From contig NC_086097.1 of assembly GCF_963921235.1 (NCBI RefSeq), forward strand, positions 148,616,001-148,680,000: a stretch of 64,000 nucleotides of DNA, written 5' to 3'. The DNA comes from Mobula hypostoma. Its lineage: Eukaryota. Each line of letters begins with the position of its first letter. Position 1 is the first letter of the stretch. Under the pieces are notes generated by a model. It worked only from the letters and a program-made list of their open reading frames with translations, ran no database searches and was not told the origin of the DNA. This document shows positions 1 through 11,860 of this stretch, in pieces. The translations under genes were made by a program, and so were the position numbers.

Positions 1-37
1 GTTTAGCATGTTCTGAACTAATGTTCTGAGTTGAGTA

Positions 38-1893
38 TATTTCAATGCAAGTATTGTGGGAAAGGCAAATGAGCTTAGAGCATGGATCAATACATGGAAT
101 TATGACACTGTAGTCAATAGTGAGAGGTGGTTGCAGGAGAGAAAGGACAGGCCGCTCAATGTTTGGGGTTCCAGTGTTTTAGACATGGTAGACTGGGAGT
201 AAAAAGGGATGATGGCATTAGTAGTGTCATAGAGCCTTAGAAAACTACACCACAGAAACAAGCCCTTCGGCCCATCTAGTAATGTCATGGCAGTGCTCAG
301 ACAGGACATATTGAAGAGCTCGTCTCCTGAGGTGATATGGGTGGAACTGAGGAATAAGAAAGGGATGACCATGCTAATATGATTATATTACAGACCACCC
401 AACAGAGAGCAGGATTTAGAGGAGAAAATTTGTAGAGAGATCACAGACTTTTGGAAGATACATAAGATTCTAATAGTAGGTGATTTTAAATTTCCACATA
501 TTGATTGGGACTCCCACACCGTAAAAAAGCTGGATAAGGTCGAGTTTATTAAATATGTTCAGGAAGGTTTCCTTAAACAATATATAGAGGTCCTGACTAG
601 AGAGAGTTTCCCTATTAAGGAATGAGATAGTGCAGGTGACAGAAGTTTTTGACAGTTCTGTTGTTTATGTAAGGCTCTAAGAGTAAAATGGGAAATTTTA
701 GGCCTGTGAGCTTGACATCAGTAGTAGGTAAGTTATTGGAAGATATTCAAAGGGACTGGATATATGAGTATTTGGATAGACAGGGATTGATTAGGAATAG
801 TCAGCATGGCTTTGTGTGTTGTAAGCCAAGTCTAAGCAATCTTATAGAGCTTTTTATGAAAGTTACCAGGAAAGTGGATGAAGGCAAGGCAGTGGATATT
901 ATCAAAGTGGACTTCAGTAAAGCCTTTGACAAGACCCTGCTTAGAAGATTGGTCAAGAAAGTTCTCTCGTATGAGACAGTAAATTGGATTAGACCTTGCT
1001 TTGTGGGAGAAGCCAGAGTGTGGTAGTTGATGGTGCCTCTCTGACTAGAGGCTTGTGACTAGTGGTGTGCCACAGGAACTGGTGTTGGGTTCATTGTTGT
1101 TTGTCATCTATATCAATGATCTGGATGATAGTATGGTAAATTGAATCAACAAATTTGCGGACAACACCAAGACTGGGAGTGTGGTGGACAATGAGGAGTG
1201 TACCAATTTTGTCCCTGCCTATCCTTTTGCTTTTAAAATATCTGTAGAAGCCCTTGGGGTTCTCCTTCCACCTTGTCTGTTGGAACAACCTCATGCCTTC
1301 CTTTAGCCCTCCTGATTTCCTTCTATCAATGCTTGCAGTGGGATCTGGACTAGCTGTAAAAATGGGCTGAAAAATAGCAGAGGGACATGTGAGGTGTTGC
1401 ACTTTGGGAGGACAAATCAAGGTAGGCCTGACATAGTGAGTGGTAAGGCACTACAGAATGCCATGTAACAGAGGAATCTGCAAACGCAGATCTAAAATTT
1501 CTAGGAAGTGGTTGATGATTTTGCTTTTGGCTCATTGGTCTTTATGGAAATATTCAGTACAGGAGAGGGGTATTATGTTGAAGTTTTATAAAACATTGAT
1601 GAAACCTAACTTGGAGTATTGTTGCTAAAAGTTCAAATTTCAAAGTAAATTTATTATCAAAGGATGTATGTTTCACTATATACAGCCCTAAGATTTATTT
1701 ATTGCAGGAAGTATATCAAAGATATATCAAACATTGAAAGCGATTTTTACAAAAATATTACCAGGACTTGAGGATCTGAGTTATAGGGAAAGGTTGAATA
1801 GGTTAGAACATTATTTACTAGAGTGTAGGAGAATGAAAGGAGATTTGATAGAGGTATATTAAATTACAACGGGTATAGATAGGGTAAATGCAA
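38..1893 (+). mobile_element. Decayed CR1 LINE ORF2 relic (APE endonuclease to RT C-terminus) with internal deletions and a short inverted piece (~1200-1340)
   Basis: ORF 688-1026 reads GNFRPVSLTSVVGKLLE...QHGF...DFSKAFDK; upstream GDFKFPHIDW-like APE motif; many stops and frameshifts. Confidence 0.85.
1628..1710 (-). mobile_element. Rex1/Babar-type 3' tail fragment inserted in CR1
   Basis: aaagttcaaatttcaaagtaaatttattatcaaag is the reverse complement of the tail ending the Rex1 copies at ~20080-20106 and ~58615-58640. Confidence 0.6.
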
Positions 1894-1898
1894 AAAAG

Positions 1899-4470
1899 CC
1901 TCTCATCATCTTATACACCTCTATCAGGTTACCTCTCATCCTCTGTCGCTCCAAGGAGAAAAGGCCAAGTTCACTCAACCTATTCTCATAAGGCATGCTC
2001 CCCAATCCAGGCAACATCCTTGTAAATCTCCTCTGCACCTTTTCTATGGTTTCCACATCCTTCCTGTAGCGAGGTGACCAGAACTGAGCACAGTACTCCA
2101 AGCGGGGTCTGACCAGGGTCCTATATAGCTGCAACATTACCTCTCAGCTCCTAAGCTCAATCCCACGATGAAGGCCAATACACCATACGCCTTCTTAACC
2201 ACAGAGTCAACCTGCGCAGCTGCTTTGAGTGTCCTATGGACTCGGACCCCAAGATCCCTCTGATCCTCTACACTGCCAAGAGTCTTACCATTAATACTAT
2301 ATTCTGTCATCATATTTGACCTACCAAAATGAACCACCTCACACTTATCTGGGTTGAACTCCTTCTGCCACTTCTCAGCCCAGTTTTGCATCCTATCAGT
2401 GTTCCGCTGTAAAATCTGTCAGCCCTCCACACTATCCACAACACCTCTAATCTTTGTGTCATCAGCAAACTTACTAATCTATCCCTCCACTTCCTCATCC
2501 AGGTCATTTATAAAAATCACGAAGAGTAAGGGTCCCAGAACAGATTCCTGAGGCACACCACTGGTCACCGACCTCCATGCAGAATATGACTCATCTACAA
2601 CCACTCTTTGCCTTCTGTGGGCAAGCCAGATCTGGATCCACAAAGCAACGTCCCCTTGGATCCCATGCCTCCTTACTTTCTCAATAAGCCTTGCATGGGG
2701 TACCTTATCAAATGCCTTGCTGAAATCTATATACACTACATCTACTGCTCTTCCTTCATCAATGTGTTTAGTCACATCCTCAAAAAATTCAATCAGGCTC
2801 GTTAAGGCATGACCTGCCTTTGACAAAGCCATGCTGACTATTCCTAATCATATTATTCCTCTCCAAATGTTCATAAATCCTGCCTCTCAGGATCTTCTCC
2901 ATCAACTTACCAACCACTGAGCTAAGACTCACCGGTCTATAATTTCCTCGGCTATCTCTACTCCCTTTCTTGAATAAAGGAACAACATCTGCAACCCTCC
3001 AATCCTCTGGAACCTCTCCAGTCCCCATTGATGATGCAAAGATCATCGCCAGAGGCTCAGTAATCTCCTCCCTCGCCTCCCACAGTAGCCTGGGGTACAT
3101 CTCATCCGGTCCCGGTGACTTATCCAACTTGATACTTTCCAAAAGCTCTAGCACATCCTCTTTCTTAATATCTACATTCTCAAGCTTTTCAGTCTGCTGC
3201 AAATCATCACTACAATCACCAAGATCCTTTTCCATAGCGAATACTGAAGTAAAGTATTCATTAAGTACCTCTGTTATTTCCTCCGGTTCCATACACACTT
3301 TCCCTCTGTCACACTTGATAGGTTCTATTCTTTGACATCTTATCCTCTTGCTCTTCACATACTTGTAGAATGCCTTGGGGTTTTCTTTAATCTTGCCCGC
3401 CAAGCCCTTTTCATGGCCCCTTCTGGCTCTCCTAATTTCCTTCTTAAGCTCCTTCCTATTAGCCTTATAATCTTCTAGATCTCTAACATTACCTAGCTCG
3501 CTGAACCTTTTGTAAGCTTTTCTTTTCTTCTTGACTAGATTTATTACAGCCTTTGTACACCACGGTTCCTGTACCCTACCATAACTTCCCTGTCTCATTG
3601 GAATGTACCTATGCAGAACTCCACATAAACATCCACTGAACATTTGACACATTTCTTCCGTACTTTTCCCTGAGAACATCTGTTTCCAATCTAAGCTTCC
3701 AATATCCTGCCTGATAGCCTCATAATTCCCCTTACTCCAACTAAACACTTTCCTAACTTGTCTTTTCCTATATCTCTCCAATGCTGTTGTAAAGGAGATA
3801 GAATTATGATCACTATCTCCAAAATGCTCTCCCACTAAGAGATCTGACACCTGACCAGGTTCATTTCCCAATACCAAATCAAGTACAGCCTCTCCTCTTG
3901 TTGGCTTATCTACATATTGTGTCAAGAAACCTTCCTGAACACACCTAACAAACTCCACCCCATCTAAACCCCTTGCTCTAGGGAGATGATAATCGATATT
4001 TGGGAAATTAAAATCTCCCATCACGACAACTCTGTTATTATTACACCTTTCCAGGATCTGTTTCCCTATCTGCTCCTCAATATCTCTGTTACTATTGGGC
4101 GGCCTATAAAAAACACCCAGTAAAGTTATTGATCCCTTCCTATTCCTAACCTCCACCCACAGAGACTCCGTTGACAATCCCTCCATGACAATAAAAGAGG
4201 ACTACGTGTCTTCATAATCTAATGACGTTCATCTTTTCTGCAGCTGTGACACTATCTCTGATCAACAGGGCCACGCCCCCACCTCTTTTGCCTCCCTCCC
4301 TGTCCTTTCTGAAACATCTAAAACCCAGCACTTGAAGTAACCATTCCTCTCCCTGAGCTATCCAAGTCTCTGTAATGGCCACCACATCATATCTCCAAGT
4401 ACTGATCCACGCTTTAAGCTCATCCACTTTGGACACAACACACCTTGAGTTAAATTAGACACATCTCAAA
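1899..4470 (-). pseudogene. CR1 ORF2 (APE endonuclease plus reverse transcriptase), disrupted by frameshifts and a 32-bp insertion
   Basis: [62 protein letters not shown] motifs across successive frames. Confidence 0.92.
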
Positions 4471-4603
4471 CCTTTGGTCTGAGCGCGTCCCTTCTCTATC
4501 ACCTGCTTATCCTCCCTCTCGCACTGTCTACTAGCTTTCTCTATTTGTGAGCCAACCACCTCTTCCCCAGTCTCTTCAGTTCGGTTCCCACCCCCCAAAA
4601 ATT

Positions 4604-5520
4604 CTAGTTTAAACTCTCCCCAGCAGCCTTAGCAAACTTCCCCACCAGGATATTGGTCCCCCTGGGAGTCAACTGCAACCCGTCCTTTTTGTACAGGTCA
4701 CACCTGCCCGAAAAGAGGTCCCAATGATCCAGAAATCTGAATCCCTGCCCTCTGCTCCATCCCTCAGCCACGCATTTATCCTCCACCTCATTCTATTCCT
4801 ATTCTCACTGTCGCGTGGTACAGGCAGTAATCCTGAGATTACTACCTTTACGGTCCTGCTTCTCAACTTCCTTCCCAACTCCCTGTAGTCTTTTTTCAGG
4901 ACCTCTTCCCTTTTCCTACCAATATGTACCATGACCTCTGGCTGTTCTCCCTCCCACTGCAGGATATCTTGGACGCGATCTGAAACATCCCAGACCCTGG
5001 CACCTGGGAGGCAAACTACCATCCGAGTTTCTTTCCCGTGTCCACAGATTCGCCTGTCTGACCCCCTAACTATAGAGTCCCCTATCATTACTGTCTTCCT
5101 CTTCCTTTCCCTACCCTTCTCAGCCACAGGGCCAGACTCTGTGCCAGAGGCATGGCCACTGTTGCTTCCTCGAGGTAAGCTGTCAGCCCCAACAGTACTC
5201 AACCAGTACTTATTGTCAAGGGGTGCAGCCACAGGGGTACTCTCTACTACCTGACTCTTGCCCTTCCCCCTCCTGACTGTGACCCACTTGTCTGTCTTCC
5301 GTGGCCCCGGTGTGACCATCTTCCTGTAACTCCTTTCTATCCCCTCCTCGCTCTCCCTGACCAGGCGAAGGTCATTGAGCTGCTTCTTCAGTTCCCTAAC
5401 TCGGTCCCTTAGGAGCTGCAGCTTGAAACACCTGGTGCAGATATGGCCGTTCGAGAGGCTGGGAGACTCCAGGACCTCCCACATCTGACACCGGGCACAC
5501 AACACTGGCCTCACACACAT
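4604..5520 (-). pseudogene. CR1 ORF1: N-terminal Cys motif and coiled coil plus SGNH/GDSL esterase-like domain, frameshifted
   Basis: CARC...CTRC, LQLLRDRVRELKKQLNDL, IGDSIVRG, VCLPGA, VHIG; the C-terminal YKKDGLQL lies in another frame (4604-4786). Confidence 0.85.
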
Positions 5521-6399
5521 ACTTCCTCCTCTCTGCAAATAACACAGGTAAACCTACCACACCTCGCCTCGTTACCGCCTAGGCCCATTGAGCCAAAGCC
5601 CTATCATTCAGCTGCCTCTCACTCTGCTACCCGCTCCTAACGCTGCCTGCTGGATATGGCGGTCTACTTTTTAAACCTTACACTGTCTACAGGCTAACGT
5701 TATGCGCCTGCGCAGTCTCACCTCTCTTTTACCCTGAGTGGTAAAAAACTGCCTTACCTCCGGAAATCAGCCGTTCACTCGCAGCCTTCTTGCTCTGCAC
5801 CAAATCTGTGTGAAAAACTAACACCAAAGCAAATATGAAACACACATGAACTACAGCACCAAAGCAAACAGAGCTAAGGTTGTCAGCTTTGAGCTGCAGC
5901 TGAATTTGACTCATGGTTAATTTTAGAATTATTCTCGAGCCAAGGTAGAAAGAAATTTAAAAAAATATACTCTTGGATCAGTTGAATACATTGTAGATTG
6001 CCAATAAAATGGAAAGTCACATGCTGGGATTTGATTCCCAGGGGCCCCTCACCTCAATGTGCCTTGTTCATCAGCAAATTCATCTCTTTGTCTGCCCTCC
6101 CACTCTGACCTCGCAAGAATGTGTTCAATGCCGACAGTGATAAATAAACTTCCTTAAGTAGTCCATCGAGGGGGGAGTCTTTCCATGTTTTATTTATTTT
6201 CTCGAGCTATATTTTCCTCTTTGATGCATCTCTGTGAGTGAGTAGTCTTTCTAATCCATATTTTATGCTGCTTACTTGACGAGCCCTCTACAGAAAGTTC
6301 AAAGCAATGGCGAGTGTCTTCCATTTCAGTCCTCGTATACTCTCCATTCAAATGAAGGGAGAAAGAGTGACAGCTGTGGAGGGAAGGAAGTGTAAAAAG

Positions 6400-6675
6400 G
6401 AGTTATTGAGTCATCGAGTTATACAGCATGGAAACATGCCCTTCAGTCGAACTGTTCCATGTTCCAACTTCTACTTGAGCTGGCACTCCAACAGCCCATA
6501 TTTTTCTAAATCCTTCCTATCCATGTACTTTATCTGTCTAAATGTTTTTTAAAATTAGTAATTATATTACCTTTATCACATCCCCTGGAACGTCATTGCA
6601 TATACCTATCATCTGCTCTGAAAAGCTTTCCTGTCAAGTCCCCTTTTGAATCTTTACCCTCTTACCTTAAGCCCG
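6400..6675 (-). mobile_element. Old CR1 3' end relic
   Basis: Resembles the minus-strand CR1 3'UTR seen in other copies in the window (acagcatggaaac...ccttc...ccatgtac...cttaccttaa). Confidence 0.5.
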
Positions 6676-6991
6676 TGATAGTAGTACTTACATCAGGCTG
6701 CTGTTTACTGACTACAGCTCAGTGTTCAACACAATCATACACTCAGTTCGAATCAACAAGCTCAAAAACCTGGGCCTCGGAAACTCCCTCCGCAACTGGA
6801 TCCTTGAAATTCTCACTGGGAGACCACAGTCCGTGCAGATGAGAAATGACAACTCGTCCTCGCTGACAATTAATACTCATTAAGCCAGATAGATCAGCTG
6901 GTTGAGTGGTGTCATAGCAGCAAACTTGCACTCAATGTCAGTAAGACCAAGGAATTGATTGTGGACTTCAGGAAGGGGAAGTCGAGGGAAC

Positions 6992-7873
6992 TGTTAAAGG
7001 CTGAAGGAGATCTGTGTTTTTTTTTTGTGAGAATGATGTAATGGTCTTTTGGAGGTCACCTGATGTGATTTTCCCACCGATGTGAGGTCACATGATAACA
7101 TGTGACCCATAACAATAGAAAGGTCGACCCAGGTGACACAAGGGTTTTTTTTAGTTTGTAGATTTCCAGGTAGAACGTGTTGTGTCTCCGTTTCTGTTGC
7201 GTGTTTATTTTTGTGACGCAGTTTCATGTTTAAAACGGAGTATTGCGTTCTATAGAAAAATACCATATTATTGGACTGGAAATGTTTGCTAGATGTGTTG
7301 ATTTACCCAATTCCAACAGTAGAAGGGAGAGTGAAGAATTTATCGAAGTACAGAATCGAAGGATTGAGAGAAGTTGGCATTGTTTGGTACTTTAATAAAG
7401 GATCAACCTTACTGAGTCTTCGTTGGAGGAGTATGACCTGCATCGAGATAACTCTTGCCAAAAAGAGCAAGGAGTTCATGCAAAAAGGTGCTCTCTCTCT
7501 CTAAAGGAATTTAAGGTCAGTTGATTATTTTCGGCATCGTGAATCTTGTGGACAGAACCAGCAGGAAAGTTGCATCTATGAAGAGATCCTTCTCCAGAGA
7601 AGTCTCTCCCAATTGAACGTGTAAATCTGTTGGACTTTCGAAGTTATCACTTTAAGAACTATATCTGACTGTATCGCTTTAAGAACTGTTTTCGCCTTTA
7701 ACACTTTAAGAACCAGAGCCGAGCGGCGAGTTGGTGAATGGCTGCATGTCTGTTAATTTCCGGTTAAAGTTTTCGTTTTTTTTTCCCTTATCGTTTATCC
7801 GTGTTTAATAAATGTTTGGTTGTTTTTATATAACCTGTCTCGATTGATATTCATTGTTGCCAGTTACGTTACA
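6992..7873 (+). mobile_element. Solo LTR, probably Gypsy/Ty3-like
   Basis: Starts TGTTAA and ends GTTACA; 4-bp direct repeat GAAC at 6988-6991 and 7874-7877; AATAAA at 7807; cleanly interrupts a Rex1 RT. Confidence 0.8.
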
Positions 7874-7934
7874 GAACACACATACCCAGTCCTTATCAAG
7901 GAATCAGAAGTGGAAAGGGTAGGCAGTTTCTATT

Positions 7935-10186
7935 TTCAAGCAGTTTGAGAAGGAGAAACTAAATTCCAATGTGTCAGTATTTCAGTGGAATAAAGGAAAT
8001 TACAATGGCATGAGAGGGGAACTAGCTAAGGTTGACTTGAAAGGGACACTAGCAGGAAGGACAGCAGATCAGCAATGGCTAGAGTTTCTGCAAAAAATGA
8101 GGGAAGTACAAGACAGATATATTCCAAATAAGAAGAAATTCTCAAAGGGAAGAAGGATACTACCGTGGTTGACAAGTGAAGACAGAGCCAAAGTAAAAGC
8201 AAAACAAAGGGCATACAAGACAGCCAAAGCTAGTGGCAAGATAGAGGATTGGAAAGCTTTTAAAAACTTGCAGAAGGAAACTAAGAAGGTCATTAGGAAG
8301 GAAAAGATGGATTATGAAAGGAAGCTGGCAACAAATATCAAAGAAGATACTGAAAGCTTTTTTAAGCATATAAAGGGTAAAAGAGAGTTGAGGGTAGATA
8401 TAGTACCAATAGAAAATGACGCTGGAGATATTGTAATGGGAGATGCAGAGAAGTCAGAGGAACTGAATGCATATTTTGCATCAGTCTTCACAGTGGAAGA
8501 TGTCTACAGTATGCTGGACACTCAAGAGTGTCAGGGAAGTGAAGTACGTGCAGTGAAAATTACGACTGAGAAGGTGCTCAGGAAGCTTAATGGTCCGAGG
8601 GTGGATAAATTTCCTGGAGCTGATGGAATGCACCCTCAGGTTCTGAAGGGAGTAGCTGGAGAGATTGCGGAGGCATTAGCAATGATCTTTCAAGAATCAA
8701 TAGATTCTGGCATTGTACTGGATGACTGGAAAATTGCAAATGTTACTTCGCTATTTAAGAAGGGTGGGAGGCAGCGGAAAGGAAACTATAGACCTGTTAG
8801 CCTGACATCAGTGGTTGGAAAGTTGTTGAAATCGATAGGTAGGGATGAGATTATGGAGTACTTTGAGGCACATGACAAGATCGGCCAAAGCCAGCATGGT
8901 TTCCTGAAAGGAAAATCCTGCCTGGCTAACCTACTGCAATTTTTTGAAAAAAATCACAAGCAGAGTAGACAAAGGAGATGCAGTAGATGTGGTGTACTTG
9001 GATTTTCAGAAGGCCTTTGACAAGGTGCCGCACAGGAGGCTGTTTAGCAAGATAAAAGCCCATGGAATTACTGGGAAGTTACTAGCATGGGTGGAGCATT
9101 GGTTGATCAGCAGAAAGCAAAGAGTGGGAATAAAGGGATCCTATTCTGGCTGGCTGCTGGTTACCAGTGGAGTTCCACAGGGGTCAGTGTTGGGACTGCT
9201 GCTTTTTACCATGTAGGTCAATGATTTGGACTATGAGATTAATGGATTTGTGACTAAATTTGCTGAAGATACAAAGATAGGTGGAGGATCAGGTAGTGTT
9301 GAGGAAACAGAGAGCCTGCAGAGAGACTTAGATAGTTTAAGGGAATGGGCAAAGAAGTGACAAATGAAATACTATGTTGGAAAGTGTATGGTTATGCACT
9401 TCGGTGGAAGAAATAAATAGGCAGACTATTATTTAGATGGAAAGAGAATTCAAAATGCAGAGACGAAAAGTCCTTGGAAGTCCTTGTGCAGGATACCCTA
9501 AAGGTTAACTTCCAGGTTGAGTCGGTTGTGAAGAAGGCGAATGCAATGTTGGCATTCATTTCTGGAGGTATAGAATATAAGAGCAGGGATGTGATGTTGA
9601 GGCTCTATAAGGCACTTGTGAGACCACACTTCGAGTATTGTGTGCAGTTTTGGGCTCCTTATTTTAGAAGGGATATACTGATATTTGAAAGGGTTCAGAG
9701 AAGATTGATGAGAATGATTCCAGGAATGAAAGGGTTTCCATATGAGGAACGTCTGGCAGCTCTTGGGCTGTATTCCCTTGAGTTCAGGTGAATGAGGGGG
9801 GATCTCATAGAAACATTCTGAATGTTAAAAGGCCTGAACAAATTAGATATGGTAAAGTTATTTCCCATGGTAGGGGCATTTAGGACGAAAGGGCACAACT
9901 TCAAGATTGAAGGATGTCCATTTAGAACAGAGATGCGGAGAAATTACATTAGTCAGAGCGTGGTATATCTGTGGAATATGTTTCCATGAGCGGCTGTGGA
10001 GGCCAAGTCACTGGGTGCATTTAAGGCAGAGATAGATAGGTTCTTGATTAGCCAGGGCACCAAAGGGTATGGGGAGAAGGCAGGGATGACTGAAAGAATT
10101 GGATCAGCCATGAATGAATGGTGGAGCAGACTCAATGGGATGAGTGGCCTACTTTCTGCTCCTATATCTTATGGTCTTATGGTCTT
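7935..10186 (+). mobile_element. 5'-truncated CR1 LINE (RT region plus 3'UTR)
   Basis: ORFs 7971-9020, 8944-9216 and 9474-9791 carry CR1 RT motifs; ends in a (TATGGTCT)n tail. Confidence 0.92.
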
Positions 10187-10613
10187 GGGTAGTCAGTAGT
10201 GGCTCCACATGTCACTACTACAGGGTGTGACGACCCTACCTTATACGAGTCCCGGGCTCAGCTGGCTCCGGCTGACAGTACCCGGTATGGGCCCCTATCC
10301 AGGATTACGGATCCCACTACCTTGTGGGTACCTTCGGGAGAAGAGAAGGCTAAGGAGTAAACCCTACACAAATCCGGAGTGGAGCCCCTAAGGTGGTTGG
10401 ATGGTGTATCACATCACCTCCCTGCAGCTTCTGCAGCCAAGCTGATGCCAAATGTACTGCTTCGCATTCCTTTGAACCACATCCGCGAGGCCGAGAGGGG
10501 GATCTCGATGTCTGGGCAGCCCAGGATCTCCATATTCATCGCCCAGGTGTGCGCCCCAGAGAAAAACCAGGCGCGTCCATTGTCTACTTAGACAGACGGA
10601 GCCATTAATTAAA
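10187..10613 (+). mobile_element. Short non-autonomous retroelement, possibly RTE-derived, with a candidate HDV-like ribozyme head
   Basis: GC-rich 427-bp insert flanked by TTATGGTCTT (10177-10186 and 10614-10623), ending ATTAATTAAA; family assignment tentative. Confidence 0.55.
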
Positions 10614-11269
10614 TTATGGTCTTAACTTTCTGGGTATGAGCATTTCTGAGGTTCTATCCTGGGCCCAACATATTAATGCAATTACAAAGAATGCATGACA
10701 GCAGATCTATTTCATTAACAGTTTGAGGAGAATTGGTTTGTCACCAAAGACACCTGCAAACTTCAACAGATGTACTGTGGAGAACATTCTAACTGATTAC
10801 ATCACTATCTGGTATGGAGGGGCTACTGGATGGGAATGGAAAAAGCCGCAGAATGCTGTAACCTTAGCCAGTTCCATCATGGGCACTAGCCTCCTGAGCA
10901 ACAAGAACACCTTCAAAAGGCATTGCCTCAAAAAGGTGTCACCCATCATTAAGAACCCCCATTACCCTGGACATTACCTCTTCTCATTGCTACCATCAAG
11001 GAGGAGGTACGGGAACCTGAAGACTCGGAGTCAACATTCCAGGAACAGCTTCTTCCCCTCCACTATCGGATTTCTGAATGGACACTGAACTCATCAATGC
11101 TACCACAGTATTTATCCCACTTTTTTTGTGCTGCTTATTTAATTTTTTATACACATTTCTTATTGTAATTTATAATTTTTATAATTATGCATTGCAATGT
11201 AGAGCTGCTGCAAAACAACAAATTTCACAGCATATGCCAGTGATATTAAACCTGATCCTGATTCTGATA

Positions 11270-11860
11270 GTTATAGACTCCCCTACCCCGGGAAATGACT
11301 GTGACCACTTACCTTCTCTGAGCCCCTCATGATTTTATAGATGCCCTATGAGGTCACTTTTTAACCTCTTAAACTCAAGGGAAAACAACCCCAGCTTATG
11401 CAGCCTCTCCTTATAACTTAGGATTTCCAGTGCCAGTAACGTGTTTGTGAATCTTTTCTCACCCTTGCCATAATAATGACTTTGTCCCTATACCTGGGAA
11501 AAAAGAACTGCACATAATTCTCCAATGTTTCACATACCATGACTTTCCAACTCTTCCACTCTGTGCCCTGACTGATGAAGGCAAGCATGCCAGCGTCTTC
11601 TTTATCAGCTTGCTACCTGTATCACCACCTACAGGGATCTGTGTACCAGTATCCTCGGGTTTCTTTTCTACAACTCTGCCATGACTGTGTAAGTCCTGTC
11701 CTGGTTTACCTTCCCAAAATGTAACACATCATACTTATCAGAGTTAAATTCTATCTGACATTCCTTAGTCCACTTTCCCAGTTGATCTAAATCCTATTGC
11801 AGTCTTAGATAACTTCCTTCACTGCTAACTATACTAACAATTTTATTGTCATCCACAAAA
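11270..11860 (-). mobile_element. Old CR1 RT 3' relic
   Basis: Degenerate match to the minus-strand CR1 ORF2 C-terminus seen at 1900-2500. Confidence 0.65.

Larger units (their letters stand above)
1899..5795 (-). mobile_element. Near full-length CR1 LINE (5'UTR, ORF1, ORF2) lacking its 3' tail
   Basis: Collinear minus-strand ORFs 4669-5538, 4212-4436, 2789-4186, 2479-2832, 2137-2391 and 1859-2137 give ORF1 followed by APE-RT ORF2. Confidence 0.93.
6680..11270 (+). mobile_element. Rex1/Babar LINE 3' fragment split into pieces (6680-6991, 7874-7930, 10624-11270) by later insertions
   Basis: [37 protein letters not shown]; continues in ORF 10723-11088 (RCTVENILT...LLPSRRRY...NSFFP), collinear with the RT at 61455-63008; ends in a ctgatt tail. 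Confidence 0.8.

Noticed and set aside
4669..5538. Host lipase/esterase gene
   Set aside because: The SGNH domain is the known ORF1 of some CR1 LINEs, sits directly upstream of ORF2 and is frameshifted
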